A DNA stretch of 64,000 nucleotides from an uncultured Verrucomicrobiae bacterium (lineage in GTDB: Bacteria > Verrucomicrobiota > Verrucomicrobiia > Chthoniobacterales > Chthoniobacteraceae), in contig CAVYKI010000003.1 of the NCBI GenBank assembly GCA_963769025.1, positions 800,001-864,000 of the forward strand. The letters run 5' to 3'. A model generated the notes under the pieces. It saw nothing but the letters and a program-made list of their open reading frames with translations, was not told the origin of the DNA and searched no databases. This document shows positions 43,517-55,979 of the stretch, piece by piece. The translations under genes and the position numbers were made by a program. Numbering within the stretch: position 1 is the first letter of the stretch; each line of letters starts with the position of its first letter.

Positions 43517-44410
43517 TCACTGCCCGCGCCCGGCGAGCTGCTCCCACAGGGCGCGCTCCTTTTCGCCGAGGCTCGTCGGAAGCAGGACCTTCGCCTCCGC
43601 AAACAGATCGCCGCGCACGCCGGGGCCGGATGGCAGGCCGCGGCCCTTCAGCCGGAATTTCTGCCCCGGCTGCGTGCCCGCCGGGATCTTCATCTTCACC
43701 GCGCCGTCTGGCGTCGGCACCTCCACCTCGCCGCCGAGCACCGCGGACCACACGGGGATCGGCACCGCGCGGATCAAATCGAAACCGTCCGTGCGGTACT
43801 CCACATGCGGCGCGATTTTCACGAGCAGGAAAAGGTCGCCCCGTCCCCCGCCGCCGATCCCTTCGCCGCCCTGGCCGGCGAGCCGGATCTTCTGCCCGCC
43901 CCGCACGCCCCGCGGGACATTCACCGTCACCGTCTCCGCCCGGCCGCCGCGCTCGAGCGTGAACGCCTTGCGGCCGCCATGCAGCGCCTCCTCGATCGTC
44001 ACGGGCAGCTCCAGCTCCACATCATTCCCGCGCTGCGCAAATGAGCCGAAGCCCGGCTTCCGCTTCCGCCCGCCCCCTCCACCGAAAAACGCCTCGAAGA
44101 AATCGCTGAACGCGCCGCCATTGCCCCCGCCGAAATCCATTCCCCCGCCCTGCTGCCATTCCGGCGGCGGACCCTGGTGGCCCGGCCGGTTCCAGTCCGC
44201 GCCGAGTTCGTCGTAGCGCTTCCGCTTTTCCGGATCGCTCAGGACCTCGTTGGCCTCGTTGATCTCCTTGAACTTCGCCTCCGCCGTCTTCTTGTCCTTC
44301 GCGACATCGGGGTGATGCTGCCGCGCGAGCTTGCGGAAAGCTTTTCGAATTTCGTCCTGCGACGCCGTCTTCGCGACGCCGAGCACTGAATAGTAGTCCT
44401 TGAACTGCAC
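43517..44410 (-). CDS. Class II DnaJ protein (CbpA-like)
   Basis: KDYYSVLGV, HPD motif, FSDFFEAFFG, no CxxCxGxG zinc finger. Confidence 0.92.
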   Translation of the reverse strand: MQFKDYYSVLGVAKTASQDEIRKAFRKLARQHHPDVAKDKKTAEAKFKEINEANEVLSDPEKRKRYDELGADWNRPGHQGPPPEWQQGGGMDFGGGNGGAFSDFFEAFFGGGGGRKRKPGFGSFAQRGNDVELELPVTIEEALHGGRKAFTLERGGRAETVTVNVPRGVRGGQKIRLAGQGGEGIGGGGRGDLFLLVKIAPHVEYRTDGFDLIRAVPIPVWSAVLGGEVEVPTPDGAVKMKIPAGTQPGQKFRLKGRGLPSGPGVRGDLFAEAKVLLPTSLGEKERALWEQLAGRGQ

Positions 44411-44519
44411 ACGATGATGAAAGCGAACGCGCGGATTCAATCAACCAGACAAATCGCGCCACTCGCGGACGCACCAGTCGGTGCTTGTTCACATAAGGTG
44501 CGGCATTCAGTTTCCGCCG

Positions 44520-44918
44520 ATGAAGTCGTTTCTCCGCTTCGCCGTCGCAATCATCGCCACTTTCACCTGCAGCCTCGCCGCAGTGCCGGACGAAATCCGG
44601 CAGGACCTCGGCAAGCTCGTGCCCGAGACAATCCGGCTCCTTGAGGCGAAGGAATACGCCACCGTGCTCGAGACGCTCGTGCCGCCGGATGACTTCAAGA
44701 AGATCACCTCGGAGCTGCCGCTCGCCGAGTTCGCCGCGAAGTTTGGTGAAAAAAAGGCGGCGGAGCTCCTCGCGGTGATGAAGATCGTGAAGGATCAGAA
44801 GCCGAAGCTTTCCGATGACGGAAATATCGCGACCGTCAGCCTCCCCGAGAGCACCGAGTTTCCGAAAAAGGAAATCGTGTTCGTGAAAATCGAGGGCCGT
44901 TGGTTCATCAAGAACTGA
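44520..44918 (+). CDS. Secreted hypothetical protein
   Basis: Signal peptide; C-terminal VFVKIEGRWFI. Confidence 0.7.
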   Translation: MKSFLRFAVAIIATFTCSLAAVPDEIRQDLGKLVPETIRLLEAKEYATVLETLVPPDDFKKITSELPLAEFAAKFGEKKAAELLAVMKIVKDQKPKLSDDGNIATVSLPESTEFPKKEIVFVKIEGRWFIKN

Positions 44919-45047
44919 TGCGTTCCCGCACGTAGCCACTCACGGCTGCGCGTAGCGCCGGGCGAAGCGGCCACAGGCGCCCGGTGGAATTCCGGCTTCG
45001 CCGGCGACAAACCCAAAGCTCCGGGGGCGGCGCAGGTTTCAACTCCC

Positions 45048-46055
45048 ATGCGTATCCCACTGTCCCTCCTCGCGGCGCTCGGCATCCTCAACGGCAGCAT
45101 CTTCGCCGCCGAGGCGCCGGCAACGAAACCCGCCGACCCCGCTGCCCCGAAACCCGCCGCGCCGAAGCGCGTCGATCCCGTCCTGCCCACCCCGACCGCC
45201 GCGGATGTCGTCTACGGGAAGCACCCGAAGCAGGTGCTGCATTTCTGGAAGGCCGAATCGGACAAGCCGACGCCGCTGCTTTTCTACATCCACGGCGGCG
45301 GCTGGCAGGGCGGCAACCGCACGAGCGTCGCTGGCATGCTGCCCATCATGCTGAAGGCGGGAATCTCCGTGGTTTCCGTCGAGTATCGCTTCATCGCCGA
45401 AGCGACGGCCGACGGCGAAAAGCCGCCGGTGAAAGGTCCGCTGCACGACGCCGCGCGGGCATTGCAGTTCGTGCGCAGCAAGGCGAAGGAGTGGAACATC
45501 GACAAGACGCGCATCGGCGCGAGCGGCGGCAGCGCGGGCGCGTGTTCCTCGCTGTGGCTCGCATTTCACCCCGACATGGCGGACCCGAAGAGCAGCGATC
45601 CCATCGCGCGTGAATCCACGCGGCTGTTTTGCGCGGCGGTGACGGGCGCGCAGACGACGCTCGATCCGAAGCAGATGAAGGAATGGACGCCGAACAGCAA
45701 ATACGGCGGCCATGCGTTCGGCTTCAAGGGCGACGCGGCGGCGAAGCTTTCGCAGTTCGACGAGTTCCTCGCCAAGCGCGACACCATCCTGCCGTGGATC
45801 GCCGAGTATTCGCCCTACGCGCTCGTCACGTCCGACGACCCGCCGATCTACATGCACTACAATGCGCCGCCCGCGATCGGCCAGGAACAGAAGGACCCGA
45901 CGCACACGGCCAACTTCGGCGTGAAGCTGCAGGAGCACTGCAAGGCGAACGGCGTGGAATGCGAACTCTACTACCCCGGCGCTACCGACGCGAAGCACAC
46001 GACTCCGCAGGACTACCTCATCGAGAAGCTCAAGGGCGCTTCCGCGAAAAAGTAG
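45048..46055 (+). CDS. Secreted alpha/beta hydrolase (carboxylesterase, BD-FAE-like)
   Basis: HGGGW oxyanion motif, GGSAG nucleophile elbow, DDPP..H. Confidence 0.9.
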   Translation: MRIPLSLLAALGILNGSIFAAEAPATKPADPAAPKPAAPKRVDPVLPTPTAADVVYGKHPKQVLHFWKAESDKPTPLLFYIHGGGWQGGNRTSVAGMLPIMLKAGISVVSVEYRFIAEATADGEKPPVKGPLHDAARALQFVRSKAKEWNIDKTRIGASGGSAGACSSLWLAFHPDMADPKSSDPIARESTRLFCAAVTGAQTTLDPKQMKEWTPNSKYGGHAFGFKGDAAAKLSQFDEFLAKRDTILPWIAEYSPYALVTSDDPPIYMHYNAPPAIGQEQKDPTHTANFGVKLQEHCKANGVECELYYPGATDAKHTTPQDYLIEKLKGASAKK

Positions 46056-46083
46056 CCGGTTCGCTTCCCGAGCGTCCCTCGCC

Positions 46084-47585
46084 GTGAACGCTGTTCGTGT
46101 GAACGCACGCCGCTCCGCCACTTCCATCGCGGCGTTGCGACGTGGATTCCTCGGCTCCGTGGCCGTGGCATTCTTCGCCGCGCTGCTCCCGCTGCATGCC
46201 GCCGCGCCGGCGAAACCGAACATCGTCCTCATCTTCGTGGACAACCTCGGGAACGGGGACCTGCGCTGCTTCAATCCCGCGACACCGCACCGCACGCCGA
46301 ACATCGATCGCCTCGCGGCGGAAGGCACGCGCTTCACGAGCTTCTATGTCGCCAGCGGTGTCTGCACGCCAAGCCGCGCGGCGCTCATGACTGGCTGCTA
46401 CCCGCGACGCCTCGACATGCATGTGAGCGACCGCGGTGCCGTCGTGCTCCAGCCCGTCGCGCGCAAGGGACTCCATCCAGACGAGACGACCATCGCCGAG
46501 GTGCTGAAGTCCGCGGGCTATGCGACCGGCATTTTTGGAAAATGGCATCTCGGCGATCAGCCGGCGTTCCTGCCCACGCGTCAGGGCTTCGACGAGTGGT
46601 TCGGCATCCCGTACTCGGACGACATGACGAAGGACAAACGCCCCGACCGAATGGCCCGAGCTTCCGCTGATGCGCGGGGAAAAGGTGATCGAGGCGCCGG
46701 TGGAAAGGGATTTTCTCGTGAAACGCACGACGGAGGAAGTCATCGCATTCATCGAACGGAACAAGTCGCGGCCATTCTTCGCCTACGTGCCGCACACGAT
46801 GCCCGGTTCCACCGCGCATCCGTATTCAAGCCCGGCCTTCCGCGGCAAATCGGCGAATGGCGAATACGGCGACAGCGTGGAGGAACTCGACTGGAGCACC
46901 GGCGAAATCATGGCCGCGCTCAAGCGCCTCGGCCTCGACGCCAACACGCTTTTCATCTGGACCAGCGACAACGGCGCCGTGATGCGCAACCCGCCGCAGG
47001 GCAGCAGCGCGCCCTACAGGGGCTTCGGCTACGACACGAGCGAGGGCGCGATGCGCATGCCCTGCGTGATGCGCTGGCCGGGGAAAATCCCCGCCGGAAA
47101 AGTGCAGGACGCGCTCTGCTCGACGATGGATCTGCTGCCGACCGTCGCCCAGTTCACCGGCGTGCCGCCGCCCGCGAAGCCGATTGATGGCCGCGACATC
47201 CGCCCGATCGTCTTCGGTGCGGCGGATGCGAAGTCGCACTGGGATGAAGACGGCTTCGGCTACTACCGCCGCGGCCAGTTGCAGGCAGTGCGCGCGGGCC
47301 AGTGGAAGCTCTACCTGCCACTGGAGACGAAGCTCATCGAACAACGCCGCCAAGACATATCCCGCACCCGTGCCGGCGGAACTTTACGATGTGCGCTCCG
47401 ACCTTCACGAGGATCGCGAAGTTTCCGCGCGGCATCCCGACGTGGTGAAGCGCCTCACCGCGCTCGCGGAGAGGATCCGCGGCGAAATCGGCGACGACGA
47501 CAAGCCCGGAACCGGCCAGCGACCCGCCGGGAATGTGGAGAATCCGGTACCGCTGCTTTTGCAGGACGCAAAGCCGCCGCGCTGA
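46084..47585 (+). CDS. Formylglycine-dependent sulfatase (frameshifted)
   Basis: PNIVLIFVDNLG, CTPSRAALMTG, GKWHLG, TSDNG. Confidence 0.92.
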
Positions 47586-47687
47586 TTCGCGGGCCGCTAC
47601 GCCAGACCGGGGCCATCGCCGGAATCGAAAGGAGGTCGCCTCGATGGCAAATAAACGCCACCGTCCGGGGTGAGTTCCCTGCGCCAC

Positions 47688-50600
47688 ATGTCCCGCAAAC
47701 ACCTTCCCCTCCCCCTGACCCCGTTCATCGTGTCCGCGCTCCTGCTGGCGGCGACCGGTCATGCCCAGACGACGCCCGATTTCCAGCGCGACATCCGGCC
47801 CATTCTTTCGAATGTCTGCTTCAAGTGCCACGGGCCCGATCAGGACGAGCGCAAGGGCGGCAAGACGGGGAGCGGACGGGCTGCGCTTCGACACCGAGGA
47901 TGGCTCGCGCGCGGACCTCGATGGTTACTTCGCAATCGTGCCCGGGCATCCCGAGAAGAGTGATTTGATCGCGCGCATCACCACGGACGATCCGGATGAC
48001 CTGATGCCGCCGCCGAAGTCGGGAAAGAAGCTTTCGCCGCGCGAGATCGAATTGCTCACGCAGTGGATCAAGGCCGGCGCGAAATACACGAAGCACTGGG
48101 CCTACGAAAAGCCGGTGCGGCCGCAGTGCCGGAAATCCGTAGTTCGGAATCCGGAATCCGGAATCCCATCGATGCATTCATCCTCGCGCGGCTGGAGAGG
48201 GAGAAGCTCTCGCCGCAGCCGGAGGCGGATCGCCACGCGCTGATCCGCCGCGTTTCGCTCGACCTCACGGGGCTGCCGCCGACGCCGGAGGAGGCGGATG
48301 CCTTCGCCGCTGACAAATCACCGGACGCCTATGGGAAAGTCGTGGACCGGCTGCTCGCATCGCCGGCCTACGGCGAGCACTGGGGCCGCGCGTGGCTCGA
48401 CCTCGCGCGCTATGCCGACTCGGCGGGCTATGCGGACGATCCGCCGCGGACGATCTGGGCGTATCGCGACTACGTCATCCGCGCGTTCAATTCGAACATG
48501 CCGTTCGATCAGTTCACCATCGAGCAGCATCGCCGGCGACCTGCTGCCAAACCCGACCGAGGACCAGCTCATCGCGACCGCCTTTCATCGCAACACGATG
48601 ACGAACAGCGAGGGCGGCACGGACGACGAGGAATTCCGCACCGCCGCGATCGTGGACCGCGCAAACACGACGATGTCCGTGTGGATGGGCACGTCGTTCG
48701 CCTGCGCGCAGTGCCACACGCACAAGTACGACCCGATCACCAACGCGGAATATTTCCGCCTCTACGCATTCCTGAACAACACGGCGGACGCGGACAAAAA
48801 GGATGAGTCGCCCGTGCTCAGCTTCATGACCGCGGAGCAAAAGACGCAGCGCGCGCAATGGGAGGCGGAACTGGCGGCGCTCGATGCGAAATTCAAGACG
48901 CCGCCCGCGCCGGTGATCGCCGGTGCGGCAAAATGGGCGCGCGAATTTCCCTCGAAGCTCGACTGGCGCTCGCCGCAGCCAGCCGCGGCAAAGGCGAAGT
49001 CCGGCGCCGCGATGGAAGCGCAGGCGGACGGCACGATCGCGGTGCCGAAGAACGATGCGAAGAAGGACACCTACACGGTGGAACTTCCGTCGCCGCTCGA
49101 CGGAGACAATTTCCGCGCTCCGAATCGAATCACTCCCGGCGGACACGCTGCCCGGCAAGGGTGCGGGGCATGGCGGCGGGAATTTTGTCGTCACGCGCGT
49201 GCGTGCGACGGTCGTGCCGCCAGCCGGGACCAAGGGGCCGGTCGCGCGCTTCGTCCGCATCGAGCTGCCGGGAAAAAAGAAGATCCTCCAACTCGCGGAG
49301 GTCGAGGTTTTCAGCGGCGCGAAGAACGTCGCGCTTGACGGTGCGGCGACGCAATCCGGGACGCTTGCGGATGCGGAGGCGAAGCGGGCGATCGATGGCA
49401 ACACGGCTGGCGAATACGCGAAGGGCTCCGTCGCACACGCCGCGGAAGGCGACGATCGCTGGTGGGAGGTGGATCTGAAAGCCGACTACCCGCTCGATCG
49501 CATCGTCGTCTGGAATCGCGCCGAGCTGCCCGAACGGCTGAAAGGATTCCGCGTGGTCGCACTCGACGCGAAGCGGCAGCCCGTGTGGGAGCGCGCCGAC
49601 AATGACGCGCCGGCGAAGAGCGTTTCCTTCGCCTTGAACGGGAACCGCGAAATGGCATTCAGCGCCGCAGTCGCGGATTTCACACAAGCCGACTTCGACG
49701 AGCAGGGCGTGCTGTCCGACGCGCCGAAGGACGCCAAGCCGAAAGCCGGCAAGAAGCAGCCGGGCTGGGCGGTCGGCGGCGCGACGACGAAGCCGCACAC
49801 GCTCACGCTCCTCGCCATCGAAGCCCGTGGATGCGCCGGCCGGTTCGCGCATCGTCGTGACCATCGAGCACGAGTCGAAGTTTGAGAAGATGACGCTCGG
49901 GCGCTTCCGCATCGCCGACGACGTCCGACCCGCGCGTCGCCGCGCATGTGCGCACGCCGGTGGACGTGCTCGGCATCCTCGCAGTCGCCGCCGAGCAGCG
50001 GACTCCCGCGCAGCGCGAGCGCCTGAAGGATTACTACGCGCGGCAGCTCGCACCCGAGCTGAAATCCGAGCGCGACAAACTCGCGGCGCTGCGCAAGCAG
50101 ATCGACGGCATGATGCCGGTGACGGTGCCGATGTTCCGCGAGCTCGCCGGCGACCAGCGGCGGAAGACGAAGATTCAACTGCGCGGCAATTTTCTCTCGC
50201 TCGGCGACGAGGTGACGGAAGGCGTGCCCGCGGCATTTCACCCGCTGCCGAAGGACGCGCCGATGAACCGCCTCACGCTCGCGCGCTGGCTGGTGGACGA
50301 GAACAATCCGCTCACCGCGCGCGTGGTCGCGAACCGTTTTTGGGAATCCATCTTCGGCATCGGCATCGTGCGCACGAGCGAGGAATTCGGCGCGCAGGGC
50401 GATGCGCCGTCGCATCCCGAACTGCTCGACTGGCTGGCGACCGAACTGGTCCGCGAAAAGTGGGACATGAAGAAATTCCTGAAGCTGCTCGTGACTTCCG
50501 CGACGTACCGCCAGTCGTCGAAGGTCACGCCTGAACTCGTCGAGCGCGACCCGGACAACCGGCTGCTCGCGCGCGGCCCGCGCTTCCGCATGGGCGCCGA

Positions 50601-51205
50601 GATGGTGCGCGATCAGGCGCTCGCGGTGAGCGGCCTGCTTTCGCGGAAAATGTTCGGCCCGTCGGTGCGCCCGCCGCGTCCGAACATGGGACTGAGCGCG
50701 GCATTCGGCGGCGGCCTCGACTGGGAGACCAGCGCCGGCGAGGACATGCACCGCCGCGCGCTCTACACCGAATGGCGCCGCACCGCGCCGTATCCCTCGA
50801 TGGTCACTTTCGACGCGCCCAACCGCGAGGTCTGCACGCTGCGCCGCAACCGCACGAACACGCCGCTCCAGGCGCTCGTGACGATGAACGACCCGGTGTA
50901 CGTCGAGGCCGCGCAGGCGCTCGCGCGACGCATGGTCGCGGGCGGCTCGACAGCCGAGGAAAAGGCGCGTGCCGGCTTCCGGCTCACGCTCACCCGCCCC
51001 CCGACCGAGAGGGAATTGCGACGCCTCATCGCGCTTCACGAGAGCGTCCTCGCGACCTACCGGCAGGATGAAAAGAAGGCGCGTCGAGATGGCGACGAAT
51101 CCAGTCGGCCCCGCGCCGAAAGGCGCGGACGTCGCCGACCTCGCCGCATGGACGACCGTCGCGAACACTCTGCTGAATCTCGACGAAACCGTGATGAAGC
51201 GCTGA
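47688..51205 (+). CDS. Planctomycete cytochrome c (PSCyt1) + DUF1549 + F-type lectin-like + DUF1553 protein (frameshifted)
   Basis: [60 protein letters not shown]. Confidence 0.9.
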
Positions 51206-51210
51206 ACCCC

Positions 51211-52672
<1,462 letters not shown>

Positions 52673-52730
52673 AGCGACCGGGCTTCGCGGCGTCTGCCGA
52701 TCTCCGAGAACATGGGCCGAAGTCGGATTT

Positions 52731-52828
52731 AAACGCAAAGGCGCAGAGCGGAATAGGGAGGCCCGCAGAGGGGAATGAAAAACATCTCTCCGTGTCCCTA
52801 TCTATTTTCTCTGCGCCTCTGCGTCTTA
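52731..52828. repeat. Palindromic intergenic element (same family as the outer arms at 36272)
   Basis: AACGCAAAGGCGCAGAG ... CTCTGCGCCTCTGCGTC. Confidence 0.7.
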
Positions 52829-52897
52829 AAAATGCGTCTCGGTCTGCCCTAAGATGACCGCGCAGATTGCGTCCATTTTCACCAACACTCAGATCCC

Positions 52898-54445
52898 ATG
52901 AACCACACAAAAGTCCCCTGTCTGCTTCCCGCCATCCTCGCGCTCACGACCGCCACTGCGCTCGCGGAGGTGAAGCTGCCGCCTGCCATTTCCGATCACA
53001 TGGTGCTTCAGCGGGAAATCGCCGCCCCGATCTGGGGCACGGCTGCGCCGGGCGAAGCGGTCAGCGTTTCCATTTCCGGCCAAACCAAGACCACGAAGGC
53101 GGACGAGAAGGGGGCATGGAAGGTGAAGCTTGATCCGCTGAAGGTCGCCGAGGGGCTCACGCTCACGGTGAAGGGGACGAATACGATCGAGATCAAGGAC
53201 GTGCTCGTGGGCGAAGTTTGGGTTGGTTCGGGCCAGTCGAACATGGACATGCTCGCGAAGAGCTACACCGCGGGAGACCCGGTGCTCGCGAAGGCGGTGG
53301 CGGAGACTTATCCGAAGCTGCGGCTGCTCTCGAAGGGCCGCAAAGGCTGGGAGGAGGCGACGCCGGAGAACAACCCGAATTTTTCCGCGCTGTTGTTCTC
53401 GTTCGGTTTCCGACTGCAGCAGGAGCTGAAGATTCCCGTCGGCATCATGGTCGGCGCGGTGGGCGGCACGCCGTCGGGCTATTGGCTCACGGAGGAAATG
53501 TATCGGAGCGATGCCGCGTGCCAGGCCCAGGTGAAGCTGTTTGCCGCGAACTACGATTTCGACGCGGCGAAGAAGAAATACGACGAGGATCTCGTGAAGT
53601 GGAAGGAAGCCGCCGAGCTGGCGAAGAAGGAAAACAAGAAGGCGCCCGGTGCGCCCCGCCCGCCGAGCAAGGCCGGAGAATCCGGTGGCAAGATCGGCAA
53701 CCTTTACGAGGCGCACATGCGGCCGTACGTCGGCTACGGCATCCGCGGCGTGCTCTGGGATCAGGGCGAGAGCGGGACGGCGATCACGGGCGTGGATCAA
53801 TACACGCTCATGGGCGCGCTCATCCGCGGCTGGCGCAAGGCGTGGGGCCAGGGCGATTTCCCGTTCCTCTACGTGCAAAAGCCGAGCGGCGGCGGACCGG
53901 CGTGGGACTACGAGGATCCCGTGACGAAGAACGCGAGCAAGCTCGTCCCGCAACCTGCCGCGACAAACGGCGATGGCGCCTACCGCGAGACGCACATCAA
54001 GATCGCCAGCTACCCGAACACCGCGATGGTCACCGCCAGCGATCTCGGGAGCGGGATCCATCCGATGAACAAATCCGGATACGGTGCGCGCGCTGCGCGC
54101 GTGGCGCGGGGTTTTGTTTACGGCGAAAATGTCGAATACTACGGCCCGGTGTACGCCTCGCACAAAATCGAGGGCGGCAAGGTGCGGATCCAATTCACGC
54201 ACACCGGCAAGGGTCTCGCCGCGCGCCACGCCGACAAGCTGCAGGGATTCGCCATCGCGGGTGAGGACAAGAGATTCGTATGGGCCGATGCGGTGATCGA
54301 CGGGGACAGCGTGGTCGTCTCCAGCAATGCCGTCGCGAAGCCCGCCGCAGTCCGCTACGCGTGGTCCGGGAATTTTCCGTGGGCGAATCTTTTCAACAAA
54401 GACGGGCTCCCGGCGCAGACTTTCCGCACGGACGACTGGAAGTAG
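52898..54445 (+). CDS. Sialate O-acetylesterase (SASA) family carbohydrate esterase
   Basis: SDHMVLQRE, GEVWVGSGQSNM, LWDQGES, IHPMNK, AVRYAW. Confidence 0.92.
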   Translation: MNHTKVPCLLPAILALTTATALAEVKLPPAISDHMVLQREIAAPIWGTAAPGEAVSVSISGQTKTTKADEKGAWKVKLDPLKVAEGLTLTVKGTNTIEIKDVLVGEVWVGSGQSNMDMLAKSYTAGDPVLAKAVAETYPKLRLLSKGRKGWEEATPENNPNFSALLFSFGFRLQQELKIPVGIMVGAVGGTPSGYWLTEEMYRSDAACQAQVKLFAANYDFDAAKKKYDEDLVKWKEAAELAKKENKKAPGAPRPPSKAGESGGKIGNLYEAHMRPYVGYGIRGVLWDQGESGTAITGVDQYTLMGALIRGWRKAWGQGDFPFLYVQKPSGGGPAWDYEDPVTKNASKLVPQPAATNGDGAYRETHIKIASYPNTAMVTASDLGSGIHPMNKSGYGARAARVARGFVYGENVEYYGPVYASHKIEGGKVRIQFTHTGKGLAARHADKLQGFAIAGEDKRFVWADAVIDGDSVVVSSNAVAKPAAVRYAWSGNFPWANLFNKDGLPAQTFRTDDWK

Positions 54446-54545
54446 AGCGCACGCGCCCGAACGCGGCCTGACCTCGTGGCGCGCCGCGGGCGGTTTCGCT
54501 TCTCCGCTTGCAGCGGGTGAGCCTCTGCGCCGTCATGCTCGTCGC

Positions 54546-55391
54546 ATGAAGATCGACTCGCATCACCACTTTTGGAAATACAGTGCCGAGCAATATCCGT
54601 GGATCGGCGACTCGATGGCTGCGTTGCGCCACGACTTTCTGCCGGAGCATTTGAAGGCGGAGATTGCGGCAGCGGGGATCGATGGCGTGATCTCCGTGCA
54701 GGCCCGGCAGAGTGTCAGCGAGACGGAGTGGCTGCTGTCGCTCGCGCATGGGAATGATTTCATCAAGGGCGTCGTCGGCTGGGTGCCTCTCGCGGAGGCA
54801 GGCGTGAGCGAGGTGGTCGGAAAATTTGCGGCGAATCCGAAACTGCGCGCCGTGCGGCATGTGGTGCAGGACGAGCCGGATGATCGGTTCATCCTCGGCG
54901 CGGATTTTAACCGCGGCGTCTCCGTGCTGAAGGACTTTGGCCTTGTGTACGACATCCTGATTCTCGAGCGACAGCTCGCGCCGTCGATCGAGTTTGTGGA
55001 CCGTCATCCGCAGCAGATGTTCGTGCTCGATCACATCGCGAAGCCGCGCATCGCCGAAGGCGCCATCGAGCCTTGGCGCACGGATATCCACGAGCTTGCA
55101 AGGCGGCAGAACGTCTTCTGCAAAGTCTCCGGCATGGTGACCGAGGCGGATTGGAAGACGTGGAGCGCGGAGGAACTGCGACCGTACTTCGATGCCGTGC
55201 TGGAGGCGTTCGGCCCGAAGCGGCTGATGTTCGGCACCGACTGGCCCGTATGCCTCGCGGCCTCCGGTTACGCGCGATGGGTGGATGTGGTCCGCAAGTT
55301 TGCGGCAGAGCTTTCCGCCGAAGAGCAGGATTGGCTGTTCGGCAACACGGCGGTGCAGGCTTACAGCCTCTCGCGCGGCGAACCGGCTTGA
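54546..55391 (+). CDS. Amidohydrolase_2 family, L-fuconolactonase-like
   Basis: IDSHHHFW, VQARQS..ETEWLL, GVVGW, LDHIAKP, CKVSGMVTEA, FGTDWPVC. Confidence 0.85.
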   Translation: MKIDSHHHFWKYSAEQYPWIGDSMAALRHDFLPEHLKAEIAAAGIDGVISVQARQSVSETEWLLSLAHGNDFIKGVVGWVPLAEAGVSEVVGKFAANPKLRAVRHVVQDEPDDRFILGADFNRGVSVLKDFGLVYDILILERQLAPSIEFVDRHPQQMFVLDHIAKPRIAEGAIEPWRTDIHELARRQNVFCKVSGMVTEADWKTWSAEELRPYFDAVLEAFGPKRLMFGTDWPVCLAASGYARWVDVVRKFAAELSAEEQDWLFGNTAVQAYSLSRGEPA

Positions 55392-55427
55392 AACCACCAC
55401 AGCGCCCGCATCCCGCGCCTCGATTGC

Positions 55428-55979
55428 TCAGATGACCTCGCGATATACGTCCGGGTGCGGGCGCGAGATCACGACGGCATTCACCAGCACTCCAGCTTCG
55501 GCGATGACGGCGCGACCGGCGGCGACGGCAGCCTGAACGGAACTCACATCGCCAGTCAGCGTGCAGAACGCCTTTCCTCCGAGTGCCATCGCGAGGCGGA
55601 CTTCGAGAAGTTGCACATCGGCGGCTTTCGCAGCGGCGTCGGCGGCCTTGATGAGCGTGGCAACATTGAACGACTCGAAGATGCCCAGCGCGCCGGTCGG
55701 CTCGACCGGTGTGGTGCGGCCGATCGCGGTGAGCACGCTTGGATGCAGGTTCGCGATGACGACGTGGTCGATGAGGCAGCCGCCCGCGACTTCGGTCGCG
55801 GTGGCGATGGCGGCCTCGACGCTCGCGGTGTCCCCTGCGACGAGGACCATGTATTTCCCCGAACAGATGGAACGCGAAAGCATGAGCTTCACGTTGCCCG
55901 CCTTGAGCGCGGAGTCCGCGACGCAGAATCCGGACGCGATGCTGGAAAGTTCGATGAGGCCTACGGACTTGTCGTTCAT
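55428..55979 (-). CDS. pduT: BMC-T shell protein, PduT-like
   Basis: Two BMC domains; ELSSIASG..ICSGKY with the pore Cys; LAMALGGK. Confidence 0.88.
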   Translation of the reverse strand: MNDKSVGLIELSSIASGFCVADSALKAGNVKLMLSRSICSGKYMVLVAGDTASVEAAIATATEVAGGCLIDHVVIANLHPSVLTAIGRTTPVEPTGALGIFESFNVATLIKAADAAAKAADVQLLEVRLAMALGGKAFCTLTGDVSSVQAAVAAGRAVIAEAGVLVNAVVISRPHPDVYREVI

